DNA of 63,333 nucleotides, counting the filler, from Dimorphilus gyrociliatus (lineage: Eukaryota; Animalia; Annelida), in assembly GCA_904063045.1 (NCBI GenBank). It is 4 parts of 4 records of this genome, joined end to end, with 100 filler letters (N's around TTAATTAATTAA, not from the genome) between each part and the next. Parts side by side here need not be neighbours in the genome. Positions count along the whole stretch, not along the records: positions 46,590 to 59,723 come from CAJFCJ010000205.1; positions 59,824 to 63,333 come from CAJFCJ010000216.1; 2 more parts are not named here. One strand, written 5' to 3'. The position numbers and the translations under genes are program-made. Below, piece after piece: positions 51,641-63,333 of the stretch. Below the pieces are notes generated by a model. It did no database searches. It saw only the letters and a list, made by a program, of their open reading frames with translations, and was not told where the DNA came from. Position 1 is the first letter of the stretch. Every line of letters begins with the position of its first letter.

Positions 51641-52597
51641 TCTTTCAGAATGTAAATTCTGTTACCAGATTGTCAACTAGCATCATACCATTATTAGTTT
51701 GTTTCATTGCCAATTCCTTAGTAGATCCATAGTTTAAATATCAATATGCCATTATTTCCAAGTGTGTATTTATGCTCCATAGTATTCTTTCTTTTTTTCT
51801 CACTTTTTCCAGATTTTTACTTCTTCATTCTTAAATGTTTCTTTATTATCATTTTCTTAGTTAATACATCTTCAATTAACTTTTTATGGGTATGGTTTCA
51901 CTACAATGGTTATAATTTTTTAATAATTGAATAGATATAATCATGCATCTCCAACAACAATAATTAAATAATGCATTTTTAAAAAACTACAAGTTAGATT
52001 TAAATAAATAGTCATTTAACATTTAGACAGTTTAAAATATATTTCTGGATTGTTTGAAATATTTAATAAAAAGCTTTATTAGAAATAATTTTTGGAAAAT
52101 CAACAATTGGTCAGTCCATCAAGTCATCATTAAGCCATTCACAAGTAGAATTAAGAGTCTCACTAAGGCTGTTCAAAAACACTAAAGGGAATTTACAAAA
52201 CATAAAAGTTTAGTAGCAAATCTTTAAGTTGGAGTTTTAACATAATAATACCTCTTTTTGGTCAATTTTCCACCCATAATAAATCAAAATGGCTATGTTT
52301 TATTATATCCAAAATGATTAGATCACCGACATAAAGCATTGATTTCTCTCTAATACAATTCAAATTGCGCATTTATATATATTAAACTTTTAGAGATTTG
52401 ATATATCTATCCAGATTTGAATGTTCAAGTTGATGATAGTATATCAAGTAAAATATGTAGATAGGGATTATGTAGGGTAATATGGGCCTTTTCATATATT
52501 TTTTTTTAAAAATACCTTCATATCTTTTTTTTAAAAAAAAGTATTTTTAAATGTATATTTAAAGGCAAATCGCTTCAGTATCTCAGTTTCAACAAAA

Positions 52598-53729
52598 ATG
52601 ACTCACAATCAAAACATTCTACTTCTTTTATCAATTACTTTACTTAAAGGTATTGAAGTTTCTGTAAAAGAAGATGACATTTTCATCTACAGGAAAGTGG
52701 AAATTTCTTCCTTGTAGCACAAAGCTAGGAAGCATTTGTAAAATGCAATTAGATCTTACACTGAAAATTCCTTATACTAATAATTTATGTCCTATTCATG
52801 ATCAAGAAAAGTGGCGTATTTTTGGGAATTACTGTTACCTTTTTTCAAACACACGTACACTTACAATAAAGTATGCAATGTATAGTTGTCATATAAAAAC
52901 CTCTTTTAGAGGTGGCATGGTCAGTATTCATAGTTTGTTGGAACAGCTTTGGATAACTAAGAATGTTAAGGGTGGAATTATGAATAGCAGTTATTGGATA
53001 GGTCTATATTGTCATTCATATAGTTAAGCATACCATTGGATGGATAACACTCCATTAACATTGGAGTATTGGAACAATCCTAATAATGGTGTTGGAAATT
53101 GTGTTGCACTCTTTGTAGAAAGTGGAGAAGAAAAGACTGATTTCTGGATAAGAAAAAAATGTTCCACAGATTATTTTAAGGGTAGTGGTTATATATGTAA
53201 AGTTGCAAAATATCCTGATCCAACCACTCCTTTACCAATAATAGGTCATTGTCCTACAAATAATTCACAAGCAGGGTTTTGTGAAAAGTTTGGAGACAAA
53301 TGTCTTTTTTTTCAAGTAACTGATTTATTTAAATATGAACAAGCTGCACAATTTTGTAAAAGTATTAATGGCACTTTAGCAGAGATAAGAACATCTGATG
53401 AAAATGCATTTATTGAAAAGTCTGCCAAAAAATATTTACCTCATTTTATGAATGGATTATGGATTGGTCTAAGAAAAGATAAAAATGATAATTGCACTTG
53501 GGAAAATGGTAATAAACTTGATTTTCAAATTTTTTATCCATTATTATTTTTAAAAGTTGGAATTAGCATTGGCTTAACAATTACTGTTTGCATTCTCATT
53601 GGAATTGTTGGTGGTGTAATTTACAAGTTGAAAAGATGTTCAAAATTACCTTTAGAAGTATCTTTTAAAAATAGAGATAGTTTTTCCAGCACAAAAAAAT
53701 TGTCCAAATATACTAAAAATGAAACTTGA
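52598..53729 (+). pseudogene. Intronless multi-C-type-lectin membrane protein (mannose-receptor-like), disrupted
   Basis: Signal-like MTHNQNILLLLSITLLKG is out of frame with a CTL tail. One full CTL (YWIGL..WNN..NCV..ICK) has an in-frame TAA at 53025-53027. A truncated third CTL runs into a TM helix. Confidence 0.8.
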
Positions 53730-53800
53730 CGATAGTATTTGTTGTATTCCAGAAATTACAATAATAATATTTAAAGTGTAGACTTTATGGAAAATTTTCT

Positions 53801-54006
53801 GGGTTGACAGAAAATGTCAACAAATGAGAAAGTTTAAGGCTGGGTTTTGGATTGAAAAGAGCTAAGAAGGAGGCAAATATTAAGTGATTTCTAGTTAGGG
53901 GGCTCTCACCTAAAGGTTAGGGATAATGGAAAAGGCTAGGTACAGTCAAAGGCTGGATTAGGGTTAGGGTAAAAGCAGTCATTTGTCAACATTTTCTGTC
54001 ACATCC
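53801..54006. mobile_element. MULE-type MITE with TTAGGG-like repeats (opposite orientation to 34112)
   Basis: GGGTTGACAGAAAATGTCAACAAATGA / TCATTTGTCAACATTTTCTGTCACATCC. No TSD recognisable. Confidence 0.8.
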
Positions 54007-54729
54007 AGAATGATTTAATGTTGTTTAGCTACAAATTACTTTTCATTTGATTGAATTCCTTCTTCAAGGCCAACTGTATTAGAATCTGAAACTGTTTATT
54101 AATCTTCAAATCTTCTTTACATTATATGCTTTTTAATATATGAAAATGAATTAAAAATGGCGGTGAAATACTACATTACTGTTATTTTTGACATATCTAT
54201 TAATAAAAAGAAAAGGGTTAGGAAATATTTTTTTTGACTTTGTCAAAAAAGAGAAACAGAATTCTCACATGTCAAGAGTCCCATTTGATTATGGGAAGTA
54301 GTCAAAGAAAAAATACACCAAAATTGACTTTAAAACAATTTCCATTGGAACAGTTTTTTCAACAAATTAGGTATTTTAATTTTTCTAAGATATGTTTATT
54401 AACGCAACAGGTATATTTCACCTGTTGTTCCAAAAGACATCTTAGTATCCAGGTTGATGCCCAGTTATCTCAGGTAATGGACTAGTCAATGGTCTCAGAG
54501 AAAGTCACTGATTTAGGTGAAATTTTTACAAGTCCAGAGAGCAGGTGTTAGTAAATTTTTGAAAAATGTCTGATTTCTTTCAAACTTAAATCCAAGCTTT
54601 GCCCCAACTGTGAGAGGTTAGAAAAAAATATTTTTATTATTCTACCTATACCCCAAAAATTTTTTAATCAACTAAGGATGTTTGTTTGATAAGACATTTT
54701 TGGTTTCTCTTTCAAAGTTTCTTTCACTG

Positions 54730-55145
54730 GATGTTGTTATTAAGCCAGCTGATAAAGGATCATGTATTGTTATACAAAACATTGATGAACAACTACTTTC
54801 AGACTCAAAACAGTATTGCCTCCTCTCATCTTGTAACTCTTAACATTAAAAATATGTATACAAACATTGATACATAAAGTGGTTTGAAAGCTGTTCAATA
54901 CTTTCTTCAAAAATACCTTTCTAAACACAGACCTTCTCGAATTCAACTTAACATCATAGCAATCATTTTAAAGTTTTGAACAAGATTTTTTTTACAAAAA
55001 TTTGAATGTGCTATGGGTCAGAATTAATGCTCCAGTAAATGCTAACTTATGGATAGCTTGGGTTGAAGAATTGTTTCTCTTTAACATTAGCCCAAAGCCA
55101 TTTTTCTATAAAAGATATTTGGTTGATATTTTTCTTATTAGTACT
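54730..55145 (+). mobile_element. Degenerate Penelope-like RT fragment
   Basis: DVVIKPADKGSCIVI..LSDSKQY; AMG..APVNANLW..EELFL..KPFFYKRYLVDIFLI. Confidence 0.8.
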
Positions 55146-55174
55146 TCCTCAATCAGCTTTCTTGATAACCCATT

Positions 55175-55340
55175 TTGTATGAAAATAAACTTAGTGATTT
55201 GTTGGAGTATGTGTCCAATACATGGTTAAAGAATTCATTTTGGCCTCCAGAGACTTTGTCAGTTTTTGATCAAAGAATCAGAAGAAATAATGATTTGGAA
55301 TGTTATCAACAGAGACAAAATAAAATTCTATCTAAAATGC
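55175..55340 (+). mobile_element. MULE transposase C-terminal fragment
   Basis: KLSDLLEYVSNTWL..W..IRRNNDLE aligns with KLADFIDYFERTWI..W..IRTNNDVE of ORF 39052-39516. Confidence 0.8.
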
Positions 55341-56121
55341 CTGTGTCATTCAAATATTTGAATAAAACAACTGTATCATACTTTCTATTGGATAGTTGTA
55401 AAGTCTTTCATAATTATCTTCTCATATACAAATATTTTAAGCCTCCTGATTGGATAATATCATTCTCCAGTTTTGTATTTAACAATTGCAATATTCATAC
55501 TTTTAAAATGAAATTATTAATTATCATTGCCAATTGAATTTTTCACATTTTAAAATTAGAAGAGATTGTATAAGGGTATTGCTAAAACACGGACTGCGAA
55601 ATAGTTAGGACAAAACACTAAATTCAGGTGTGAGCAAAAAAATTTAATCTGTGAATGCTAATCTTCTTAAGTGAATAGTATATACATCTCAACACTTGTA
55701 TTTAACATCATGAATTTAAATTTTGAATAAACTGATTTGAGAAATATTCTTGAAATTAAAAGAGTGATTTTAGATTTACCAAAGAAGCAAAATTTTTAAA
55801 AAACATTGCTATTTTTTCAATTTTACTTTTCAAATATAATTTTTTCTACCAATATTTTCAAAAGATTCAACAGGAAACAATACCAGAGACTTTTGCAATC
55901 TGTATTTTAGTAATACCATAAAAGAATTTTCCTGATTCAAAATCTAGAAAATTCATTTATCTTGATAATTTTCAACGTTACACTTTTTATAAAAGAATAG
56001 AAATTCCACAAGAAGAAAAACAATATTTATCACTAAATATAACAAGTGAAAAATGAAACCATAAAAATCTGACCAACCTTTTTCAAAATGGCGGCCAATG
56101 AAATGTAAAATTTGCTGAGTA

Positions 56122-57483
56122 ATGGGTATAAAAAATATTTGTAAAGGGCTCAAAGTGTCTTCCAGCACATTAAAGAATCTTGATTTACAGTTGTGTGACT
56201 TGAATGAAGAACACTGCAGAGAAATTGGAAAATTGCTAAAACATTGTTGTAGATTGGAAACAATAAATCTACGTGGAAATGAAGAGATAAGTAATGGAAT
56301 ATTGACCATTTGTGAAGGGCTTAAAATATCATCAAATACTTTAAAAAATTTTGGTTTACAATGGTGCAATTTAAATGAAGAACAGAGTAGAGAGGTTGGA
56401 AATTTTCTAAAAGATTGTTCCATAATAGAAACAATAAATATAAGTTGCAATAAAGATATATGCAATGGTTTATTAAACATTTGCGAAGGGCTTAAAATGT
56501 CATCAAATACAGTGAAGAATCTCAATTTACAATGGTGTGACTTGAATGAAGAACAGAGTATAGCAGTTGGAAACTTGCTTAAACATTGTTCCAGAGTAGA
56601 AACAATAATTCTGTCTGGAAATGAAGGGATGGATAATGGACTGTTGAATATTTGTGAGGGACTGCAAATATCATCAAGTACTTTGAAAAGTCTTTATTTA
56701 TATAATTGCAATTTAAATGAAGATCAAAGTGAACAGATTGGAAATTTATTAAAACATTGTTCCAGAATTGAAACAATAAGTTTGGGTTTTAATGTAAATA
56801 TGGGAAATGGAATATTAAAAATTTGTAAATCACTCAGAATATCAAACACTACATTAAAGAACATTGATTTACAGTGGTGTAATTTAAATGAAGAACAAGG
56901 TAGACAAGTTGGAAATTTGCTAGAATGCTGTTGCACATTAGAAACAATAAATCTATCTGGAAATGATAGACTGGCCAATGCCATAGTTATTATTTGTGAA
57001 GGACTGTTGAAAATGACATCAAAAACTTTAAAGCATTTGAATTTACAATCATGTGACCTAGATAAAGAACATTGTAAACAGATTGGAAATTTTCTAAAAC
57101 ATTGTTCCACAATAGAAAAAGTAATTTTGTCACAGAATAGAAATATGGATATTGGAATATTTGATATTTGTGAAGGACTCAAAATGTTATCAAATAGTTT
57201 AAAGAATCTTGATTTACAATGGTGTAGTTTAAATGAAGAGCAAAGTAGACAAATTGGAAAAATGCTAAGATATTGTTCCAGAATAGAAAAAGTAAATCTA
57301 AGTGGGAATGAAGAGATAGGTAATGGATTAATATATATTTGTAAAGGACTTGAAATGTCATCAAGTACTTTAAAGAAACTTGTTATAAAATGGTGTAATC
57401 TGAATAAAAAACAAAAGGAAGAGATTGACAATTTGGTGAAGCATTGTCCAAAAATAAATGAAATCAATTTATTTGGTAATTGA
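56122..57483 (+). CDS. RI-like/NLR-type LRR array: eight ~57-aa units in one open frame
   Basis: The unit ICxGLxxSSxTLKxLxLQWCxLNEEQ..IGxLLKHCxxIExINLSGN..NG repeats 8 times (171 nt). Upstream sequence is frame-broken. Confidence 0.85.
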   Translation: MGIKNICKGLKVSSSTLKNLDLQLCDLNEEHCREIGKLLKHCCRLETINLRGNEEISNGILTICEGLKISSNTLKNFGLQWCNLNEEQSREVGNFLKDCSIIETINISCNKDICNGLLNICEGLKMSSNTVKNLNLQWCDLNEEQSIAVGNLLKHCSRVETIILSGNEGMDNGLLNICEGLQISSSTLKSLYLYNCNLNEDQSEQIGNLLKHCSRIETISLGFNVNMGNGILKICKSLRISNTTLKNIDLQWCNLNEEQGRQVGNLLECCCTLETINLSGNDRLANAIVIICEGLLKMTSKTLKHLNLQSCDLDKEHCKQIGNFLKHCSTIEKVILSQNRNMDIGIFDICEGLKMLSNSLKNLDLQWCSLNEEQSRQIGKMLRYCSRIEKVNLSGNEEIGNGLIYICKGLEMSSSTLKKLVIKWCNLNKKQKEEIDNLVKHCPKINEINLFGN

Positions 57484-58359
57484 ATGATGGACAATGGTGG
57501 AAAACTGAATATTTGTAAGCTTTTGCTGTTTGTTTGGACATGGAATAAGATGCCATTGTTTGGAAGAGGGATGCTTATATATTATCTTTGTCAAAGAATG
57601 TTTCAATCATCATTTCTACTGTTACTACAGTTTGTCAATGTAATGAAAGTGATGATTGTTAATTATTTGCACAGTAAGAAAGTGTCTTTAACTATTCCAA
57701 CAATTGAACTTGAATACTTTAATAAGTGTATTGAATGTTTGTTAAATTGTCATATTGGCAATTGTAATCTCCTTTCTTTTAAAATATCTTTAAAAAATAC
57801 TCCAAATGCATAAATATCATTTTTTTCAAAAATATTTGAAAATTTTTCATATTCCAAATTGTCCAAGATATAAATATTTTTTTCGCGCTGTTAAAACATA
57901 AATTTTCAAAATATTTTCAACAAGTAAAATTTAAATACTAAATGAAAAAAGATTTTGTAAGAAATCACCTGAATAATTGAAATATGATTTTTTAAAATTT
58001 TTACATTTCGACAAAGTTTTTGCTTATGGAGTAGTGTTAAATTTTGAATTGTTTGTAAACAACAATTGAAATATTCATTATTTTAAAAAAATTTATAATC
58101 AATTTCTAGTTTCCTAGCATTTTGAAATCATATATTTTTGATAATTCATTATGGCCAAAACTGAAAAAAATGGCCATTTTTACAGTGTTTTTTTTTTTGT
58201 ATGAAAAAAATTTCCTTACCTTTCTCAATTTTTTCATTCATCATTCTTTCTAGAAAATTTTGTCTGAAAATGTTTTATTTTCTCTTTTGTTAAATAAAAT
58301 TATAGTAAAAAAGGAAAAGAAAATCTAGAAAATAATTCATTAATCTCTTTCTCGCTTTT

Positions 58360-59722
58360 TCAAAGCTCAAAAATTCTAATCATATCATCAGCTGCATAAA
58401 TGTAAGGATTGATAACGGGATTAATTGGAACAATAAAACCAACAATTAGAGTATATGTGCTATTATTTACTTTAAAATTGAAGAATATTGATGAAAGAGC
58501 TATTGAAATAGAAATGAATAATTGACTGTAAAGGAGTTTAATGTTAGAAAAGACCTAGCAAAAAAATTGGTGTACAACAAGCAATATTTGAAAAGGCAAA
58601 TTTACTTGTTTCAAATAACAAAATATTTCATCAGAATTTTCTTTACAATCAATGATACCATCACAAATTTTATCATGAACAATATAATGATCTTGATTCT
58701 TACACTTGAAATATCCTTTCCTAACATAATCACCTGTTGATTTAACAGGTAGAGAATTATTAAATGATTGATGATATTGATGTTATCATCTACCACAATT
58801 AACTTCATCATCTCCATGTAAACAATGATTTAATCTATCGCAAATATTTTCCAATTTTATACAAACATTTTCCAGTTTGCATTTATATTCATTTTTGAAG
58901 CATGAAAATTTTTTCTCACCACAATTTTGTAATCTTTTGTTGTTGTTGTTGTTGTATACCCAGTCTATATAGGCCTATATTGTATTCAATTGTTTTTTTT
59001 ACCTCAAATAAGGTGTTTGCGGTTTATAGATTAGATATTCGTACGAATCATATACAATATGACATTCGTTAATATTGAAACCTTCACATATATTTTTATA
59101 TGATTGATCTGTACAACCCTTCTCATCTGAATTGTTAGAACAATCCTCTGTACCGTTACATCTTAAGATTTTGCTTTTACATTGATTATCACAAGAAAAT
59201 TGTGTCTGTTTATTACAAGCTGAAGAAATTGAATAAAGATGATGACAATGATGATGGTGATAAAATAAAAACTATCAAAATTTTTGATATTCTTTAATAA
59301 GTGCTTTAGTATTTTTACGAATTTCATCACTTTCATCCATACAATTTGGTGAACCATCACAAACCTGTTTAGCTGATATACATTGGCCATTTTTACATCT
59401 GATACTACATTATTAATTAATTAATTGCAGTCAAATATTTAGATGCCAATTCTTACTTGACATTTGAATTACATGCTTCTCTTTCTATGTAAAACAGACT
59501 TTGTTAATGATGTTCTGAACTTGTTTTATGTGTGTGTTTGTTTGTTTGTTTGTTTACCACAATTCTCTTCATCAGATTTGTCCAAACAATCAGAATGATA
59601 ATCGCAAACTAGAGTATGTTTTATTATTCCCCTTCCGTCAAGGCATTGAAAAACGGTATCATTTGTTGAATTATTACAATTCATCTCATCTTCATTATTT
59701 ATACAATCATTAACACCATTGC
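58360..59722 (-). pseudogene. LDLa-LRR-7TM GPCR paralog with LRR and TM1-5 missing
   Basis: Several LDLa modules (CKNGQCISAKQVCDGSPNC; CDRLNHCLHGDDEVNC; GYFKCKNQDH..ICDGIIDC) lie ~50 nt from a TM6/7 segment IVGFIVPINPVINPYIY. Internal stops. Confidence 0.82.
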
Positions 59723-59723
59723 A

Positions 59724-59823
59724 NNNNNNNNNNNNNNNNNNNNNNNNNNNNNNNNNNNNNNNNNNNNTTAATTAATTAANNNNNNNNNNNNNNNNNNNNN
59801 NNNNNNNNNNNNNNNNNNNNNNN
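59724..59823. other. Artificial contig linker
   Basis: N44-TTAATTAATTAA-N44. Confidence 0.97.
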
Positions 59824-62800
59824 CAGTCATTATGTTCCAAATGAACCTCCTTTAACAGTTGCATTTAGTGTAGACTTTTTGAATGAGGCGAACAATAATA
59901 CAAAAGATATTTTCCTTACATGCGTCATTGATACTGGACACAACTTTACAGTAATTCAATACGGTAGTATTCAATTCGAAAAGCCATTTGTTATAGAATA
60001 TCTATATACTATTGATGTTTATTATGCCCAGTCATTGATTAATTGCAACAATACAATTTCAAATATCACCTATTCTACTAAGTTTCTTCTCCAGCAAAAC
60101 ATCACTGGATTTGAAATAACCTACGACGCCATCCTAATATGGCCATCTTCCGTTAATATATCATTAAAGTTAAGTTTGTCGAATGGAAGTGATGTTGAAT
60201 ATGAAATTTCATATGGAAATGGCGTTGTTGAAACTGTTAAAGACCCAAGATTATTCACCAATGAAAAACCTTTAAAATTGAACTATTCTTTTCTATAGAT
60301 GATGGTAATTTTTTAACAACTGCAATTGCGAGAAATCAATTTTTTAACGCGTCAACTAAAGCTCCAAATTTTTTGAAAATTCAACACGAAATTCAAAATG
60401 TAGAACTAAAGATAAATTACCTTCCTCCAGCAAAGATAACCATTCTACTTCGGGAGATAAAGAATACAAAGAATGCAACAAACGTTTCTTGTATTATCGA
60501 CTATGGTGATAACAGTACCAATCAACAATATAATTTTTTTGATTTATTAACTGGTACATTTTTAAATCATAGCTATAACAGAGTTTATAACCAAAGACAA
60601 AAGAGAAATTTAACACTTTCAACTTACTGCTATAATCTAGTCTCACAAACCAATTTGTCAAGTAATTTTCTATTAGATGAAGAGATTAAAGGATCATCAA
60701 TTAATACATCGAAAGATACAGTAGCAACTTTTGAATACTTTTCCATCAATATCTCGGCTGAAACGGGAACGAGGATAAATGTTACTTTCGATTACGGAAA
60801 TGGTGAAATATTGAACTTTTATAAAGAGGGTCCAGGACTATTTATCATCTATAATTATACATATACAACTGACGGTGTTTACGTACTGAAATTCAATCTA
60901 TCCAACTCTGTAAACAGTATGGCCATTGTATATGAGCGAATTGTTGCTCAACACCGACTTCATACAGTAGATATAGCCGCTTTATCTTCAACAACTTTGG
61001 ATGAACAACCAACAAACTTTTCAATAAGTGTTAATGACAAAAGACAAGCTGCAACTGACGTATTTTGTTCCTACCAATTCTCAAAGCTTGTTCAACAACC
61101 TAAAATCTATTATGAACCAAACTTAACAACGATAAAAACTGTAATGAGAAATTATAGATATACAAGGAATGATACGGGATGGAAATTCTATACGAATGTT
61201 ACATGTTCAAATCTTGTTAGTTCAATCAAATCTAGTCACGAGATATTCGTTCATGAAAAGATAAGAAACTTACGAATATCTTTAAAGAGTACTGCGACAA
61301 GTCCATTCGAAACCCAAGTAATTATCATAGAGTGTGATACGGGATCATTAGTCAATTATTCAGTTGAATTTGACAAACTCGGTTATTTTCGTAGAAATCA
61401 TCCAAAAATATTTGCTTCAGATGAAGCAATGAACTTTGGCTTTACATTGACAAAAATTGGTAATTATTCAATTCGAATAAAGGCTAAAAACTACGTTTCG
61501 GAAGAGGAATTACTTTGGAACGTATCGGTTCAAAACAGGATTGAAAACGTTACTATATCGGCTGATAAGTCGATTTTATGGTTACCTGGAACCATTAAAT
61601 ACATTTTATCATCTAAACAAGATCAAAAGAACCTTACAGATGTTCATTGTCGCTTTAACTTCAGTAATGGAATGACAAGATACGAATTTATTCCTGTATG
61701 GGAACCATCAACAACTTTCATATATTTCCAGTACTTTCCAAGGTCATCAATTGGAAATCTAACGTCGTCAATCAGTTGCAATAATCTCGTTTCGCTCATC
61801 AATATAACAAGGTCAACCGAAATCATCTTGGATGCTGTTATCATCGGGTCACTAAGAGACAATGGAACCGTATTACTATCAAATAGGATTACAATAATTA
61901 CAGAAATAAGGCGTATGGGAACAAACTCGTGTCTAATATTCGACCTCGATGATAACAAACAATTAGCATACGGAGTGAATGAATATTGTAGAAATTACGC
62001 TAGTCATATATCTTATCAAGAAATTGAATATAATCAAAGTGTGATTATTTTTGATTACGTTTATCCAGAAATTGGCGTTTACAACGTTACTCTTACAGCG
62101 TTTAATTCCATTACTAAAGATTTTCGATGGTTTCAAACAAAAGTTGCCGAATGGTATTGCAACGATCCTAACGCAACTATAGCGGAAGAGTTTACTTTTA
62201 GGCAGAGTATGATAAGTGTAATGAAAAGTGAGGAATTGATTATTCCATCTGAAGCCGAATATAATTGTACAACATCAAGAAATATTCTCCACCAATGGAG
62301 TGTTTATGAATTAGATTCGAATGAAGAACTCTATTCGTCGGTTAGTTCAAAGTTTATCCTCCCACCAAGAACTTTACACTATGGAAAATATAGAGTTGAA
62401 TATTTTATCTCTATGCTTTGGTATCCAAAATTTAACAATTCGTATACTGCCTATTTTAAGATTATACCAACTCCTCTTCACCTCAATTTGACAAATGGAG
62501 TGAATTTAGTTGAAAATTATGATACAAAATTAATACTGAACGCTTGTTCTTTGAGTTTTGATTATGATAATGATCCTTCGGAGAAATTTAAAGGGATAAC
62601 TTTTAAATGGTTTTGTAGACAATTGACTGAGAATTTACCTAAATTAGAGAAATTAAAAAAACTTGATACAAAAAACATTCCATCACTGGAAGAATTTCGA
62701 AAGAATGGAGGTTGCTTTGGTCGTGGACCTGGTCTTGTTAATATTGATAATAATGGAACATTTATTCTCAATACTTTCTACATGTTACCTAATGAAAGTT

Positions 62801-63333
62801 ATGTAATTGACTTGAAAATGTCATCAATTTATGCTAATCGTGAGAAATTTATCAGGTTGAAGTTGAAAATCCCATCTCCAAAACCACCTACATTGACACT
62901 AGCGTAAGTAAATATTTTCCTTATAACTTATTAAACAATAAACAAAGTGTTTTTGTTTGTCTAGATGTCTTGAAAATTGTGCAGAGAAGAAGGCTCTCAA
63001 CTTGAAAACAAAATATAAGGTTCAATGTTTGTCGGATGTACAGGCCTTTATTGGTCAATTACTTACAGGTGGCAATTATTTATTAGAGTCAATGGTTTGT
63101 GGTTTCAAAATAAAACTAGGGCAATTAGAAATCAACAGAAAAGAGATAACGAAATAATTGAATTTGAGGCAGAGGAAATGGCTGGCGGTAATTATTTTCA
63201 AATATCTATTGAAGGATCTTTAGAGGGAGTTGGCGAAATTGGCAAATCGAATGAAACATTTCTGGTAAACAAGCCACCATTTGGTGGAACCTGTTCAAGA
63301 AGTCCAGATGATGGATATGCATCATTGACTCAA
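59824..63333 (+). CDS. Polycystin-1-like (PKD repeats + REJ) protein, partial, with two apparent 1-nt deletions
   Basis: PKD motifs (FDYGNG, YTY..GVY.L...N.V, YVYPEIGVYNVTLTAFN) and REJ motifs (ACSLSFDYDNDP..FKWFC; NKPPFGGTC..P.DGYA..T). Intron at ~62905-62964. Frameshifts at ~60290 and ~63037. Confidence 0.88.

Noticed and set aside
52095-52160. EWLNDD on the minus strand (Ulp1 peptidase-like)
   Set aside because: Too short and immediately followed by a stop.
55953-57494. Long antisense ORFs over the LRR array
   Set aside because: Shadow frames of a repetitive coding sequence, with no independent motifs.
57770-57830. KNDIYAFGV on the minus strand (kinase subdomain IX-like)
   Set aside because: A single short motif with stops nearby and no other kinase motifs.
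1-63333. tRNA or rRNA genes
   Set aside because: None recognised; the only tRNA-related sequences are the two PBS sites.

Overview
This is AT-rich eukaryotic (animal) genomic DNA with short GT-AG introns of about 50-60 nt. It is four contigs joined by 100-bp artificial linkers (N44-TTAATTAATTAA-N44 at 31862, 46490, 59724), so adjacency across the linkers is not evidence of linkage. The gene families and tiny introns fit a compact-genome lophotrochozoan; an annelid such as Dimorphilus is my unverified guess. Host genes are mostly surface or immune-type receptors, many decaying: five LDLa-LRR-7TM (GRL101/LGR-like) loci of which one looks intact, two RI-like LRR loci, a multi-FTP (F-type lectin fold) gene, a chitin-binding/TSP1/C1q pseudogene, a C-type lectin pseudogene, an EGF pseudogene, a RING remnant and a PKD1/REJ-like gene. 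Mobile elements include a near-complete Ty3/Gypsy element, solo LTRs of two families, Penelope-like elements, Tc1 (DD34E) copies and PHD-FLYWCH-MULE transposases. The best candidates for something undescribed are: (1) an apparently intact spliced PHD-FLYWCH-MULE transposase plus short 9-bp-TSD elements that share a GGATATGACAGAAAAC-type end and carry telomere-like CCCTAA repeats; (2) a second aspartic protease directly downstream of the Gypsy integrase; (3) an intact GPCR with an SRCR-like + CTL-like + LDLa + LRR ectodomain. All alignments, splice models and counts were done by eye, with no database searches.
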